Source: an uncultured virus (IMG/VR IMGVR_UViG_3300031998_000055) (taxonomy: Duplodnaviria; Heunggongvirae; Uroviricota; Caudoviricetes). From it: a DNA stretch of 20,000 nt. The stretch lies in the IMG/VR virus record IMGVR_UViG_3300031998_000055, one strand, 5' to 3'. The notes below the pieces were generated by a model, which was not told where the DNA came from, ran no database searches, and saw nothing but the letters and a program-made list of their open reading frames with translations. The translations under genes and the position numbers were made by a program. Numbering within the stretch: the first letter of the stretch is position 1; the number at the start of each line of letters is the position of its first letter. Shown piece after piece: positions 1 through 8,003 of this stretch.

Positions 1-720
1 GTTTCTCTTAGGGCGCAAGGGAATGAAATCCAGTTGGCATTGCGCGCCTGGAAAAAATTTTGCACGTCGAAATATCATTTTGTCGTCATAGGGGATTGCC
101 CTTCCGACCTCATTTCCGAATTTGGAGATTGGGTTGAGTTTATTCCATTGGAGAAGATCCCTAAACATGAAGGGCAATACAATCCTCATTTGGATATACA
201 GCATAAAATGGAGGAAGCTTATCGCCTATTTAAAGACAAATACAATGGTTTCGTATGGATGGTGGATGATAATTATGCCATCAAACCCTTTTGTTTGGCA
301 GAAATACTGTCCATACATAGCCATGCTTCCGATTTCACGGGAGAGAAGGAAGCCCCAACGTATTTCTGGAAACATGATAAATGGAAGACTCGCCAATTGT
401 TAGAGAAAGAAAGATTCTCGCATATAAACTATACAACTCATTTCCCTTGTTATTTTGAGTTTGAGAAACTGAAGGAATTATGGGATAAATACGATATGAG
501 GAATAATAGTTTTGTGATAGAGGATATCTATTTTAATTCTTTTCGGCATGAAGTCCCCATTCCTGATGATAAAATCAGATTCGGCGTTTGGAGTAAAAAG
601 GGATTTGACGAAGAACTCTCTGCAGCCATCGCCGATCCCAACATCAAGTTCATATGCAACAGCGTCGAGGGCTGGAGCCCTGAGCTGGAGCGGATCTTGG
701 AAAGGATTATCTATGGATAG
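1..720 (+). CDS. Stealth-like / GT-A fold sugar(-phosphate) transferase, 5'-truncated
   Basis: Frame 1 is open from base 1 (VSLRAQGNEIQLALRAWKKF). Motifs resemble Stealth CR2/CR3: E-I-x-x-A-L-R-x-W, VVIGD, FVWMVDD (DxD/NDD-like), THFP. Visibly AT-rich. Confidence 0.5.
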   Translation, partial: VSLRAQGNEIQLALRAWKKFCTSKYHFVVIGDCPSDLISEFGDWVEFIPLEKIPKHEGQYNPHLDIQHKMEEAYRLFKDKYNGFVWMVDDNYAIKPFCLAEILSIHSHASDFTGEKEAPTYFWKHDKWKTRQLLEKERFSHINYTTHFPCYFEFEKLKELWDKYDMRNNSFVIEDIYFNSFRHEVPIPDDKIRFGVWSKKGFDEELSAAIADPNIKFICNSVEGWSPELERILERIIYG

Positions 721-1492
721 AAAGATCTTGATCGTCGGATACGGCGTGGTTGGCCACAACCTCGCCGAAGAGCTCCGCGCTTTGGAGCCTTGGGTATACG
801 ACAAATACAAAGATATAGATGAAGGAGAGGGCAGGAGGGTGCTCTATGATTTCGTTTACCCCTCGTTTGAGGCGGATATCGCATTCATATGCGTCGACAC
901 CCCCCGCACCCCCGCCGCCGCGTGCGACCTGAGCGCCGTGCGCGACGTCCTGTCCACGGCGAAGGCCAAGGTCTTCGTGCTCAAATCCACCGTCCTCCCT
1001 GAGACCACCGAGGCGCTCCGCGCCGAATTCCCGGGCAAGAGGATCGTGTTCAGCCCCGAATACTACGGCGGGACGCAGCACTGCAACAACTTCGACTTCG
1101 ACTTCACCATCCTGGGGGGAGACAAGGATGACTGCGCTTATGTGCAGCAGGCCCTTCAGGAATGCTACGACGCGCGCCACCGCTTCGTGATGGCCGACCC
1201 GACGACCGCCGAGCTGGCCAAATACATGGAGAACGCATGGCTCGCGACGAAGGTCTCCTTCTGCAATCAGTTCGCCAGGCTGGCCGGCAAGGCCGGGGTG
1301 CGCTACGAGGAGCTCAGGGAGCTCTTCATCCTCGACCCCCGGGTCAACCCGTCCCATACGTTCGTCTACGACGACCATCCGTATTGGGACAGCCACTGCC
1401 TCAACAAGGACGTCCCCGCCATCGCCGAATGGGGCGACGCGGACCTCCTCAAGGCGGTGATCGCGTTCAATGAGGCCTGCAAGGGCGAATGA
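713..1492 (+). CDS. UDP-glucose/GDP-mannose dehydrogenase family protein, short form (259 aa, no C-terminal UDP-binding domain)
   Basis: ATG at 713 after AAAGGA, overlapping the upstream gene. Rossmann IVGYGVVG, FICVDTP, KSTVLP, FSPEY, AELAKYMENAWLATKVSFCN, DPR and catalytic-Cys motif SHCLNKD. Confidence 0.88.
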   Translation: MDRKILIVGYGVVGHNLAEELRALEPWVYDKYKDIDEGEGRRVLYDFVYPSFEADIAFICVDTPRTPAAACDLSAVRDVLSTAKAKVFVLKSTVLPETTEALRAEFPGKRIVFSPEYYGGTQHCNNFDFDFTILGGDKDDCAYVQQALQECYDARHRFVMADPTTAELAKYMENAWLATKVSFCNQFARLAGKAGVRYEELRELFILDPRVNPSHTFVYDDHPYWDSHCLNKDVPAIAEWGDADLLKAVIAFNEACKGE

Positions 1493-1525
1493 AAGACGCC
1501 TTTCATTCGCTCTCGCGCCTTTTTT
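1473..1525 (+). terminator. Probable intrinsic terminator
   Basis: Perfect 11-bp stem GCGAATGAAAG (1485-1495) / CTTTCATTCGC (1500-1510), extendable via AGGC/GCCT, followed by T6 (1520-1525), at the end of the dehydrogenase gene. Confidence 0.65.
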
Positions 1526-1643
1526 AATTATGATATTTGATTTTTGGCTTTTGCCTTTTCCGCCTGATTTCAGGCAGCTTCCCTATCTCGACGGGAAGCA
1601 CAGTCGAGAAAGGGAAGCCTTCTAAACAGGAGGTTGCTATTAC

Positions 1644-2015
1644 ATGAAGCAATTCTGCATCACGCCCTTCTTCAAGAACGGCGTACACGTCATCGGCCAG
1701 CGCACCGTCAAGGTCGTGGTCCCCGAAGACGAAAGTCAGGTTTTCAATAACCAAACCTATTCCGATCTCACCATCGAGGTCAAGGGAACCGCCGGAAGCT
1801 CCGCGTTCCCGGTCAAGCTGATGGGGAGCATCGACACCGAGAGCGACCCGACGTACTTCGAGATGGTGGGCATCAACCTCACCGATTTCTCCTCCGCGCT
1901 GACCATAACCAAGCCCGGCATCTATTCGTACGCGGTCTCCGGCATGGCCCATCTCAAGGTCTCCGTCGCCGCCGCAGGCAGCGACCTGACCATCACCGGC
2001 AAGTTCGTGGAGTAA
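1644..2015 (+). CDS. Hypothetical protein, beta-rich, possibly virion-associated
   Basis: 123-aa ORF, AGGAGG RBS, GC3-rich codon usage like neighbouring genes. Confidence 0.75.
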   Translation: MKQFCITPFFKNGVHVIGQRTVKVVVPEDESQVFNNQTYSDLTIEVKGTAGSSAFPVKLMGSIDTESDPTYFEMVGINLTDFSSALTITKPGIYSYAVSGMAHLKVSVAAAGSDLTITGKFVE

Positions 2016-2020
2016 GAACC

Positions 2021-2887
2021 ATGGCCATTGACATAATCGCAAGGGGCATAGCGGCCGGGAAGGCCGATTTGGACGGCGGCAAGGTCCCCGCGTCCGAATT
2101 GCCCAGCTACGTTGATGACATCGAGGAGTACGAGGACCTCGCCCATTTCCCCGCCGAAGGCGAGGAGGGCAAGATCTACGTCGACCTTTCCGATGGGTAC
2201 ACATACCGCTGGAGCGGCACCGAATACGTCAAGGTCGGCATGACCGACGTCGACGATCAGATGTCGGATACCTCCACCAACCCCGTCCAGAACAGGGTCA
2301 TCTCCGAAGCCTTCGAGAACATCAAGACCTACAGGGGCTTCAAGCCCGAATGGCCGACCACCACGACCCTGCTCGCTCTGCTCCAGGCAGTCGACTCGGA
2401 TCCCGACGCGAAGGTCGGCATGGCCTTCCTCGGCGAGGTGAGCTGCTCCGGCATGCCGTTCTCCGGCAACGGCGAGCTCACCATCAACGTCATGAACCAG
2501 TCCGGATCCCATAAGATCCTCTGGGTGCAGATGTCGAGCTCCAACGTCGCCCCATACCATTGGGAGGCCACCTATTGGAACGCCGCCCTCACCGATTGGC
2601 GCTCCTACATGCCGACCTCCATGATCGGCGTGATCCAGATCTCCGACGCCAGCGCGACGTCCGGCACCTTCAACCAGACCGAGATGGCGGAGGTCTCGAA
2701 GCCTTTGAGCTTCATCTCCCGTGGATACGAGACGTTCGTCCGCTCCGATATGGATGCGAACACCGCCACCTACAAATCGCTTAACATACAGGCGATCGCT
2801 CAGGTGGTCAACGACTCTCTTCCGGTCAATCCCGGCAAGATCACCGTCACCAGGCAGACCGGCGCCTGGGCATACAGCGCCTCGTGA
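2021..2887 (+). CDS. Putative tail fibre / minor virion protein
   Basis: Contains GKVPASELPSYVDDIEEY...FPAEGEEGKIYVD...TYRWSGTEYV and VDDQMSDTSTNPVQNRVI, modules I recognise from phage tail-fibre-like proteins. Confidence 0.65.
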   Translation: MAIDIIARGIAAGKADLDGGKVPASELPSYVDDIEEYEDLAHFPAEGEEGKIYVDLSDGYTYRWSGTEYVKVGMTDVDDQMSDTSTNPVQNRVISEAFENIKTYRGFKPEWPTTTTLLALLQAVDSDPDAKVGMAFLGEVSCSGMPFSGNGELTINVMNQSGSHKILWVQMSSSNVAPYHWEATYWNAALTDWRSYMPTSMIGVIQISDASATSGTFNQTEMAEVSKPLSFISRGYETFVRSDMDANTATYKSLNIQAIAQVVNDSLPVNPGKITVTRQTGAWAYSAS

Positions 2888-2924
2888 TCCAAAGCGAGCG
2901 TAAGCAAAAGGAGGAAACAATCCT

Positions 2925-3290
2925 ATGATACCTTTCATTATTCTCTTGAGCGCGCCCGAGACCCCGATAGAATGGGTTTCGCTGATCGCCGCCTGCGTTG
3001 TGGCGCTGGCGATCGTCGGCTACGCCATCTACATCACCATCAAAATGATCAAAGAAGGGAAATTCGGCCAACTCAAGGACGCCATCATCAAAGCCATCAA
3101 AGAGGCAGAGAAAACGCATGGAAGCTCCGAGGACAAGCTCAAATACGCATTGGCGGCCGTCAAAGCGTATTGCGGCGAGATCGGCATCAAGGTGGACGAC
3201 AAGCTTTTGGCTTGGGTCACCGAATACATCGAAAAATACATCCTGGATCACAATGAGCTCGAGGAAATCGAAGAGCAGGAGGGAAAATAA
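2925..3290 (+). CDS. Holin-like membrane protein (LL-H-like)
   Basis: N-terminal hydrophobic helix (WVSLIAACVVALAIVGYAIYITI) followed by AIKEAEK...SSEDKLKYAL...IE, the pattern of LL-H-type holins; AGGAGG RBS. Confidence 0.6.
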   Translation: MIPFIILLSAPETPIEWVSLIAACVVALAIVGYAIYITIKMIKEGKFGQLKDAIIKAIKEAEKTHGSSEDKLKYALAAVKAYCGEIGIKVDDKLLAWVTEYIEKYILDHNELEEIEEQEGK

Positions 3291-3292
3291 CC

Positions 3293-3508
3293 ATGACCTT
3301 GAAAGAATTGCAGGCCAAAAACGAGGAATACCGCCGCAGATTGGCCTTAGAGAAAAAGAGGGAAGAGGAAGAGCTCGCCCAGAAGCAACCTGAAAAACCT
3401 GCCAAGAAGCCTTCCAAGAGGAAATACCTCGTCATCGACGACGAAGCCCCGAAGGAAGAGGAAAAGAAGCCTGAGCCGGCCGAGCCGGCTGAGGAGGAGG
3501 CCGAATAG
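3293..3508 (+). CDS. Small highly charged hypothetical protein
   Basis: 71-aa K/E/P-rich ORF that fills the gap between flanking genes, with a GGAGGG RBS. Confidence 0.7.
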   Translation: MTLKELQAKNEEYRRRLALEKKREEEELAQKQPEKPAKKPSKRKYLVIDDEAPKEEEKKPEPAEPAEEEAE

Positions 3509-3526
3509 GCCTCGGGGCGGTGATAT

Positions 3527-4363
3527 ATGGGCAAGAACCGTGGCAACGCGGCGGCCCAGCTCGTCGATCTGGTCAAATCGATCATCAGGGATGAGGAATC
3601 GAAGCGGGACCAGATCATAGTCGGGACCGTCCTGACGAGGAACAAGTCCGACGACACCTACGACATCTACATCGACACCGATGCGAATGCCTCGGGCAGA
3701 CAAGCGCTCATGAAAGGCATACCGAATGAGTCCAAGCACACCTATTCGCGCGGGGACCACGTCTACGTGCTGAAGGTGCGCGGCCAGCTGTCCCAGGGGT
3801 TCATCATCGGGTCGGTGGGGTCGGTCGGGGTATCCCTCAACGCCAAAGTCGAGGACCTCGCCGAGCAGGTGTCCAGCCTGAAGACCGTCGTCGGCCCCGC
3901 GATGCAGACCACGTCGCCGAACCCGACGGTCATGCCGATACCATATACTATGGAGGTCGATGGCATCGAGAAAGATATTTTCGCATATGAGATATCATGG
4001 AATGGGGATAACCTCCCAGCGAATCTCCACGTTTTTTCATATCTCATGATAAATCATGAATCTTCGTATACAAACGGGAATCTTAGTATTGATTTTTCTC
4101 CGGAGCACGATACGGATGGTGAACTTTATCCGAATATCCGCATCGTCGGCGCAGCCGATATTTTTCCGTCTTCCGATCCAACGAAATTAACCGTTGTATA
4201 TGCGGATATCAGGCCAGGGAATACAAGGCAAACGCTACGTATTGCGTTCACGAACGGATCGAATCCGATACCGGTTTCCAAGGTTGAGGTTATTCAACCG
4301 CTTAGGATCTCCACACCGCGTGGCTTTACGGTCATGGGAAGGGGCTATACCCCGATATATTAA
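3527..4363 (+). CDS. Putative baseplate/spike-associated protein (OB-fold-like N-terminus, variable C-terminus)
   Basis: 278 aa. The N-terminal IVGTV...YDIYID...YSRGDHVYVL pattern resembles baseplate spike N-termini and is followed by a short coiled coil. Base composition drops to AT-rich after about 3940. Function is an inference. Confidence 0.45.
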   Translation: MGKNRGNAAAQLVDLVKSIIRDEESKRDQIIVGTVLTRNKSDDTYDIYIDTDANASGRQALMKGIPNESKHTYSRGDHVYVLKVRGQLSQGFIIGSVGSVGVSLNAKVEDLAEQVSSLKTVVGPAMQTTSPNPTVMPIPYTMEVDGIEKDIFAYEISWNGDNLPANLHVFSYLMINHESSYTNGNLSIDFSPEHDTDGELYPNIRIVGAADIFPSSDPTKLTVVYADIRPGNTRQTLRIAFTNGSNPIPVSKVEVIQPLRISTPRGFTVMGRGYTPIY

Positions 4364-4374
4364 TGTACAATATA

Positions 4375-4424
4375 TTGAACAAAAAGGGGGTGTTTTGTCT
4401 ATTATATTAGACATTACGCCCCCT
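4375..4424. promoter_or_regulatory. 40-bp imperfect palindrome overlapping a possible sigma70-type promoter
   Basis: AGGGGGTGTTTTGTCTA (4385-4401) TTATAT TAGACATTACGCCCCCT (4408-4424), arms 14/17 complementary. TTGAAC (4375-4380) and TATTAT (4400-4405) are 19 bp apart. Confidence 0.5.
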
Positions 4425-4449
4425 CGGAAAGCAAAAGGAGGCTTCGAAT

Positions 4450-5136
4450 ATGGAGGCAAAATTCAGGAAAAAACTATCCGAATACGATTACCTGGTCATC
4501 TTCGACCTGGCTACTCGCTCCACGGGCGCGTGCGTATGGGATCTCAGGAAGGGCGAGCCCCTTTATACCGAGAACCTTATCACCACCGGCAAGACGGGCA
4601 ACCGCGCCAGGGAGCTCTGGGACGCTTTGGATCGTTTCTTCGTGCATCTTGCATGCAAATTCGGGCTCGTCTATTCCTCTAAGATCTTGGTGCACAGGGA
4701 GCTGTGCCCGATACAGCAGGGGAAATTCACGACGGCCAAAACGCTCATCTCCTTGGGCAAGTCGCACGCCGTCCTCGACCTTTATCTCGAGGAGAGGGCG
4801 ATCGACTACTACGACCTGGAAGGGATATCCCCCTCCACCGCCCACGCGTACTTCCGGCGCCTCGCCGGGCTTGACGCCAGGGACAAGGTCGAGAAGGAGG
4901 ACATCCGCGACTACCTGGTCCGGGAATACGGGATAGACCCGTCGACCGGCCTGGACGAGACGGACGCGATCTTCCTCGCGAAGACGTTCGTCGACGTGTT
5001 CTGGGACAAGCAGATAGACGAGGAGATCAAGGAAAGGAGGAAGCACCGCAAGGGGCTTAAGGCCCCCGCTGCCATCGCGGCGGTCGACGCCGAGATAGAG
5101 AGGCTGCGCTCCCTCAAGAGGCAGAAGGAGGATTGA
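4450..5136 (+). CDS. RuvC-like Holliday junction resolvase (RNase H fold)
   Basis: IFDLATRSTGACVWD (first catalytic Asp), HRE (Glu), K...RDYL and DETDAI (DxxD) match the RuvC catalytic layout; AGGAGG RBS. Confidence 0.82.
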   Translation: MEAKFRKKLSEYDYLVIFDLATRSTGACVWDLRKGEPLYTENLITTGKTGNRARELWDALDRFFVHLACKFGLVYSSKILVHRELCPIQQGKFTTAKTLISLGKSHAVLDLYLEERAIDYYDLEGISPSTAHAYFRRLAGLDARDKVEKEDIRDYLVREYGIDPSTGLDETDAIFLAKTFVDVFWDKQIDEEIKERRKHRKGLKAPAAIAAVDAEIERLRSLKRQKED

Positions 5137-5137
5137 A

Positions 5138-6178
5138 ATGGGAAGAAAGACAGTATACAATTCCAACATAACCCGCGAATGGTACGGCTACGACGACGAG
5201 AACGGCAACCACATAGAGGTATCGCCCGAGAACAAAGACCTCGTCGAGAGGTACATATCCTCCTGCAAGGCCAATGACAGGGCGCCCCAGACCATCGATC
5301 AGTACAAATCATGGCTCATGGTGTTCTTCTCGTGGAACTGCCGTGAGAACGGGAACAGGTTCTTCATCGACCTGGACGTCACGGACTTCATGTCCTACAT
5401 AGGATGGCTCCGCGACCTCGACGTCAGCCCCAGGCGCATCGCCACGCTGAAGTCGGTCCTGAGCTCCATGTCCAAGATGATACAGCGCACGTACCGCGCG
5501 AAATACCCGAACTTCCGCAACCAGGTGCAGGACCTTGAGGCCGTGCACATAGAGAATATTCGCGAGAAGACCGTCTTCTCCACGGAGAGGGTGGACGAGA
5601 TACTGGCCGACCTCGTCGCCAAGGAAGATTACCAGGCCGCATGCTATCTGGCCCTTGTGTGCGCTTCGGGCGCCAGAAAGGCCGAATTGCTGCAGATGAA
5701 GGCCGATTGGTTCGGCGATACCGGCAAGACCGTGTTCAACGGATACATGTACCTGACCCCGAAGATCAGGACGAAAGGACGCGGCAAGCGCGGCAAGATG
5801 ATCGGCAAATACGTCATCAAGCCGATGTTCGACAAATACTATGACCTATGGATGGCCGAGCGCAAGCGCCTCGGCGTCGATTGCGAATACCTGTTCGTCA
5901 GGAAATTCGGCGGCGTTTGGGAGCAGGCGCAGATCAGCACCGCCAATGCGTTCGCCGATAGGATATCCAAGAACTCCGGAGAGGATTTCTACGCCCATTC
6001 GGGCAGGCATTATTTCTGCACGATGCTGAAGTCGATGAACCTCCCGGACGACGTCATCATGGAGATCTTCGGATGGAGCTCCAACATGATCTCGGTATAC
6101 GACGACACGCCGGCCGAGAAGAGGCTTCAGAAGTTCTTCGAGAACTTCGGGGCAGAAGGCCCTAAGGCCGATGAATGA
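5138..6178 (+). CDS. Tyrosine recombinase / phage integrase family protein
   Basis: SAM-like N-terminal domain (RAPQTIDQY, SPRRIATLKSVLSS). Catalytic residues: R (SGARKAEL), K (RTKGRG), HxxR (HSGRH), W (FGWSS), Y (ISVYD). Confidence 0.92.
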   Translation: MGRKTVYNSNITREWYGYDDENGNHIEVSPENKDLVERYISSCKANDRAPQTIDQYKSWLMVFFSWNCRENGNRFFIDLDVTDFMSYIGWLRDLDVSPRRIATLKSVLSSMSKMIQRTYRAKYPNFRNQVQDLEAVHIENIREKTVFSTERVDEILADLVAKEDYQAACYLALVCASGARKAELLQMKADWFGDTGKTVFNGYMYLTPKIRTKGRGKRGKMIGKYVIKPMFDKYYDLWMAERKRLGVDCEYLFVRKFGGVWEQAQISTANAFADRISKNSGEDFYAHSGRHYFCTMLKSMNLPDDVIMEIFGWSSNMISVYDDTPAEKRLQKFFENFGAEGPKADE

Positions 6179-6198
6179 AGCAAAAGGAGGCAATAGAT

Positions 6199-6906
6199 AT
6201 GCAAAACATAGAAGGAAGCCAGGTTTCCCTGAGCGAGTTGCTCGAGAAATGCCTTTCGTTCAGGCAGAAGCCTGACGAGGATATATACAAGGAGATAGAG
6301 AAGACCATCGCGTCGCTCAACGTGCGCGAGAGGCTTTCCCTCGCCGAGAAAGGATTGGCCGTCATGGCCGTCCTCGGCAGGATAGAGGACAACACGAGCG
6401 CGCTTGAATGCGCGTTCGAGCTCACTGCGGGGTTCTTCTTCAAGGCGACGCTTTCCTACGTCACCAACCTCAAGGTCGATATCCCCGTATCGCTTATGTC
6501 GATCGAGATGTACGACGTCCTCGTCACGTTCGGATTAGAGGACCATATCCTCAAATTCTGCGAGAAGGACCATGCGGCCCTCAGGAAGATGCTGGACGAT
6601 GCAGTCAACTTCTCCAACGTGTTCAGGCTCGTCAATGCGACGAAGCTCATCTCCGGCGAGAATATCGCCGAGCTCGACAAGGTCCTCAAGAGCATCAAGG
6701 ACAATCTGACCCTTGACAAGATCCGCGAGCTAAAAGGCATATTGGCCAATACCGATCCGGCTTGGACCTCCCTCAAGGAGACCCTCGGGGAAGAAGCGGC
6801 CTATGCCTCCACCATCAATGAAGTCGAGGAATTCGCCGAGACCTTCGAAGAGAAACCGGAAGAAAAACCCGAGGAGGCGAAACCCGATGGAACAGGCGGA
6901 GAATAA
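6199..6906 (+). CDS. Hypothetical helical protein
   Basis: AAGGAGG at 6184-6190 favours the ATG at 6199 over 6175; acidic C-terminal tail; no motif recognised. Confidence 0.75.
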   Translation: MQNIEGSQVSLSELLEKCLSFRQKPDEDIYKEIEKTIASLNVRERLSLAEKGLAVMAVLGRIEDNTSALECAFELTAGFFFKATLSYVTNLKVDIPVSLMSIEMYDVLVTFGLEDHILKFCEKDHAALRKMLDDAVNFSNVFRLVNATKLISGENIAELDKVLKSIKDNLTLDKIRELKGILANTDPAWTSLKETLGEEAAYASTINEVEEFAETFEEKPEEKPEEAKPDGTGGE

Positions 6907-7771
6907 GAAGACCTACTTCGTCATGAGCGATATCCACAGCTATTACACGGCGATGATGGAAGCGCTTGATGAAGCGGGCTATGACAAAAACAATGAGAAC
7001 CACGTTTTCATCCTGGTGGGGGATCTCTTCGATCGGGGGGATGAGACCCTGCAGGTCTACGACTTCGTGAGGTCCATCCCGAAGGAGCGCAGGATCCTGG
7101 TAAGGGGGAACCATGAGCTCCTCCTGCGCGATTGCTATAGGCACGGATCATACCGTCTCTATGACGAATCGAACGGCACCGCGATGACGCTGTGCCATTT
7201 CTGCGGCTTCGACCCCGATTTCAGGGCCAAGGCCTACAGATCCATGAATTCCATGGAATACGAGGATTGGAAGAGGATGTACGAACGCAAATGGGACGAA
7301 TACCTCACCAAGCCATTCAAATGCGAGAAGACCGAGGATGTCATATCCTGGATATTCGATTCCGGGGAATGGGTCAATTTCTTCGAGCTGGGGAAATTCC
7401 TGTTCGTGCATTCCTGGGTCCCGGTTGAGGACTACTTCGATCAGGACTACAAGCAGCACGAGAGGCCCAAGAAGAATTGGCGCCAAGCCTCCGACGAGGA
7501 GTGGGGCAAAGCGATGTGGGGCTGCCCATGGCAGCATTACCTCGCGAAGTCCATGCCCAGAGGCAAGACGATAGTCTGCGGCCACTGGCATGTCCAGGAT
7601 TTCCACACCCATCTGGGCCATGATATAGACGGATACAAGAACAGAGAGATCTATTTCAGTGATCGTCTGATAGCCTTGGACGCCATGACGGCGAAGGAGC
7701 CGCACGTGTGCAATGTCCTTGTCATCGACGGCGATACGTGCTATGATAAGCACCATCGGGCTTTGAATTAG
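6887..7771 (+). CDS. Calcineurin-like metallophosphoesterase (phage Ser/Thr phosphatase-like)
   Basis: Motifs SDIHS, GDLFDRG, RGNHE, FVHS, CGHWH; ATG at 6887 preceded by GAGGAGG. Confidence 0.9.
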   Translation: MEQAENKKTYFVMSDIHSYYTAMMEALDEAGYDKNNENHVFILVGDLFDRGDETLQVYDFVRSIPKERRILVRGNHELLLRDCYRHGSYRLYDESNGTAMTLCHFCGFDPDFRAKAYRSMNSMEYEDWKRMYERKWDEYLTKPFKCEKTEDVISWIFDSGEWVNFFELGKFLFVHSWVPVEDYFDQDYKQHERPKKNWRQASDEEWGKAMWGCPWQHYLAKSMPRGKTIVCGHWHVQDFHTHLGHDIDGYKNREIYFSDRLIALDAMTAKEPHVCNVLVIDGDTCYDKHHRALN

Positions 7772-7796
7772 GCCTAGAAAGGAGGACTATCCTTAT

Positions 7797-8003
7797 ATGG
7801 AAGTTATATTCTATTCCACCCACTGCCCCCAATGCCGTGGGCTAGAGATGCAATTGAAAGCGAAGAAAGTGGAATACACGGAATGTGACGATCGGCAGGA
7901 AATGCTGCGCCTGGGTCTGCAATCAGCCCCCGCGCTTTCCGTCGACGGGAAGATCATGAATTACGCCGAGTCCCTGCAGTGGCTCAGGGGGCTGGGCAAA
8001 TGA
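7797..8003 (+). CDS. nrdH: Glutaredoxin-like NrdH redoxin
   Basis: 68 aa, YSTHCPQC (CxxC) and SAPALSVDG (cis-Pro motif); its stop overlaps the nrdD start (ATGA). Confidence 0.85.
   Translation: MEVIFYSTHCPQCRGLEMQLKAKKVEYTECDDRQEMLRLGLQSAPALSVDGKIMNYAESLQWLRGLGK

Noticed and set aside
548..712. N-terminal extensions in the ORF track (starts 548, 6803, 7979, 12107, 12700)
   Set aside because: They overlap upstream genes or a terminator. RBS position and domain starts support 713, 6887, 8000, 12230 and 12751.
1922..2938. Long minus-strand ORFs (1922-2938, and similarly 707-1396, 4474-5169, 7148-7756, 14911-16002)
   Set aside because: They are antisense shadows of GC3-rich + strand genes, with no RBS or recognisable motifs.
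3293..3530. Stop-codon reassignment or read-through fusing 3293-3508 with the in-frame gene at 3527
   Set aside because: TAG is followed by an in-frame TGA at 3521-3523. TAA, TAG and TGA all end intact genes elsewhere in the window, so the standard code fits.
4450..5136. RuvC protein as a TnpB/Cas12-like RNA-guided nuclease
   Set aside because: It is only 228 aa with a contiguous resolvase-type RuvC, no Zn finger, and no CRISPR array or IS ends nearby.
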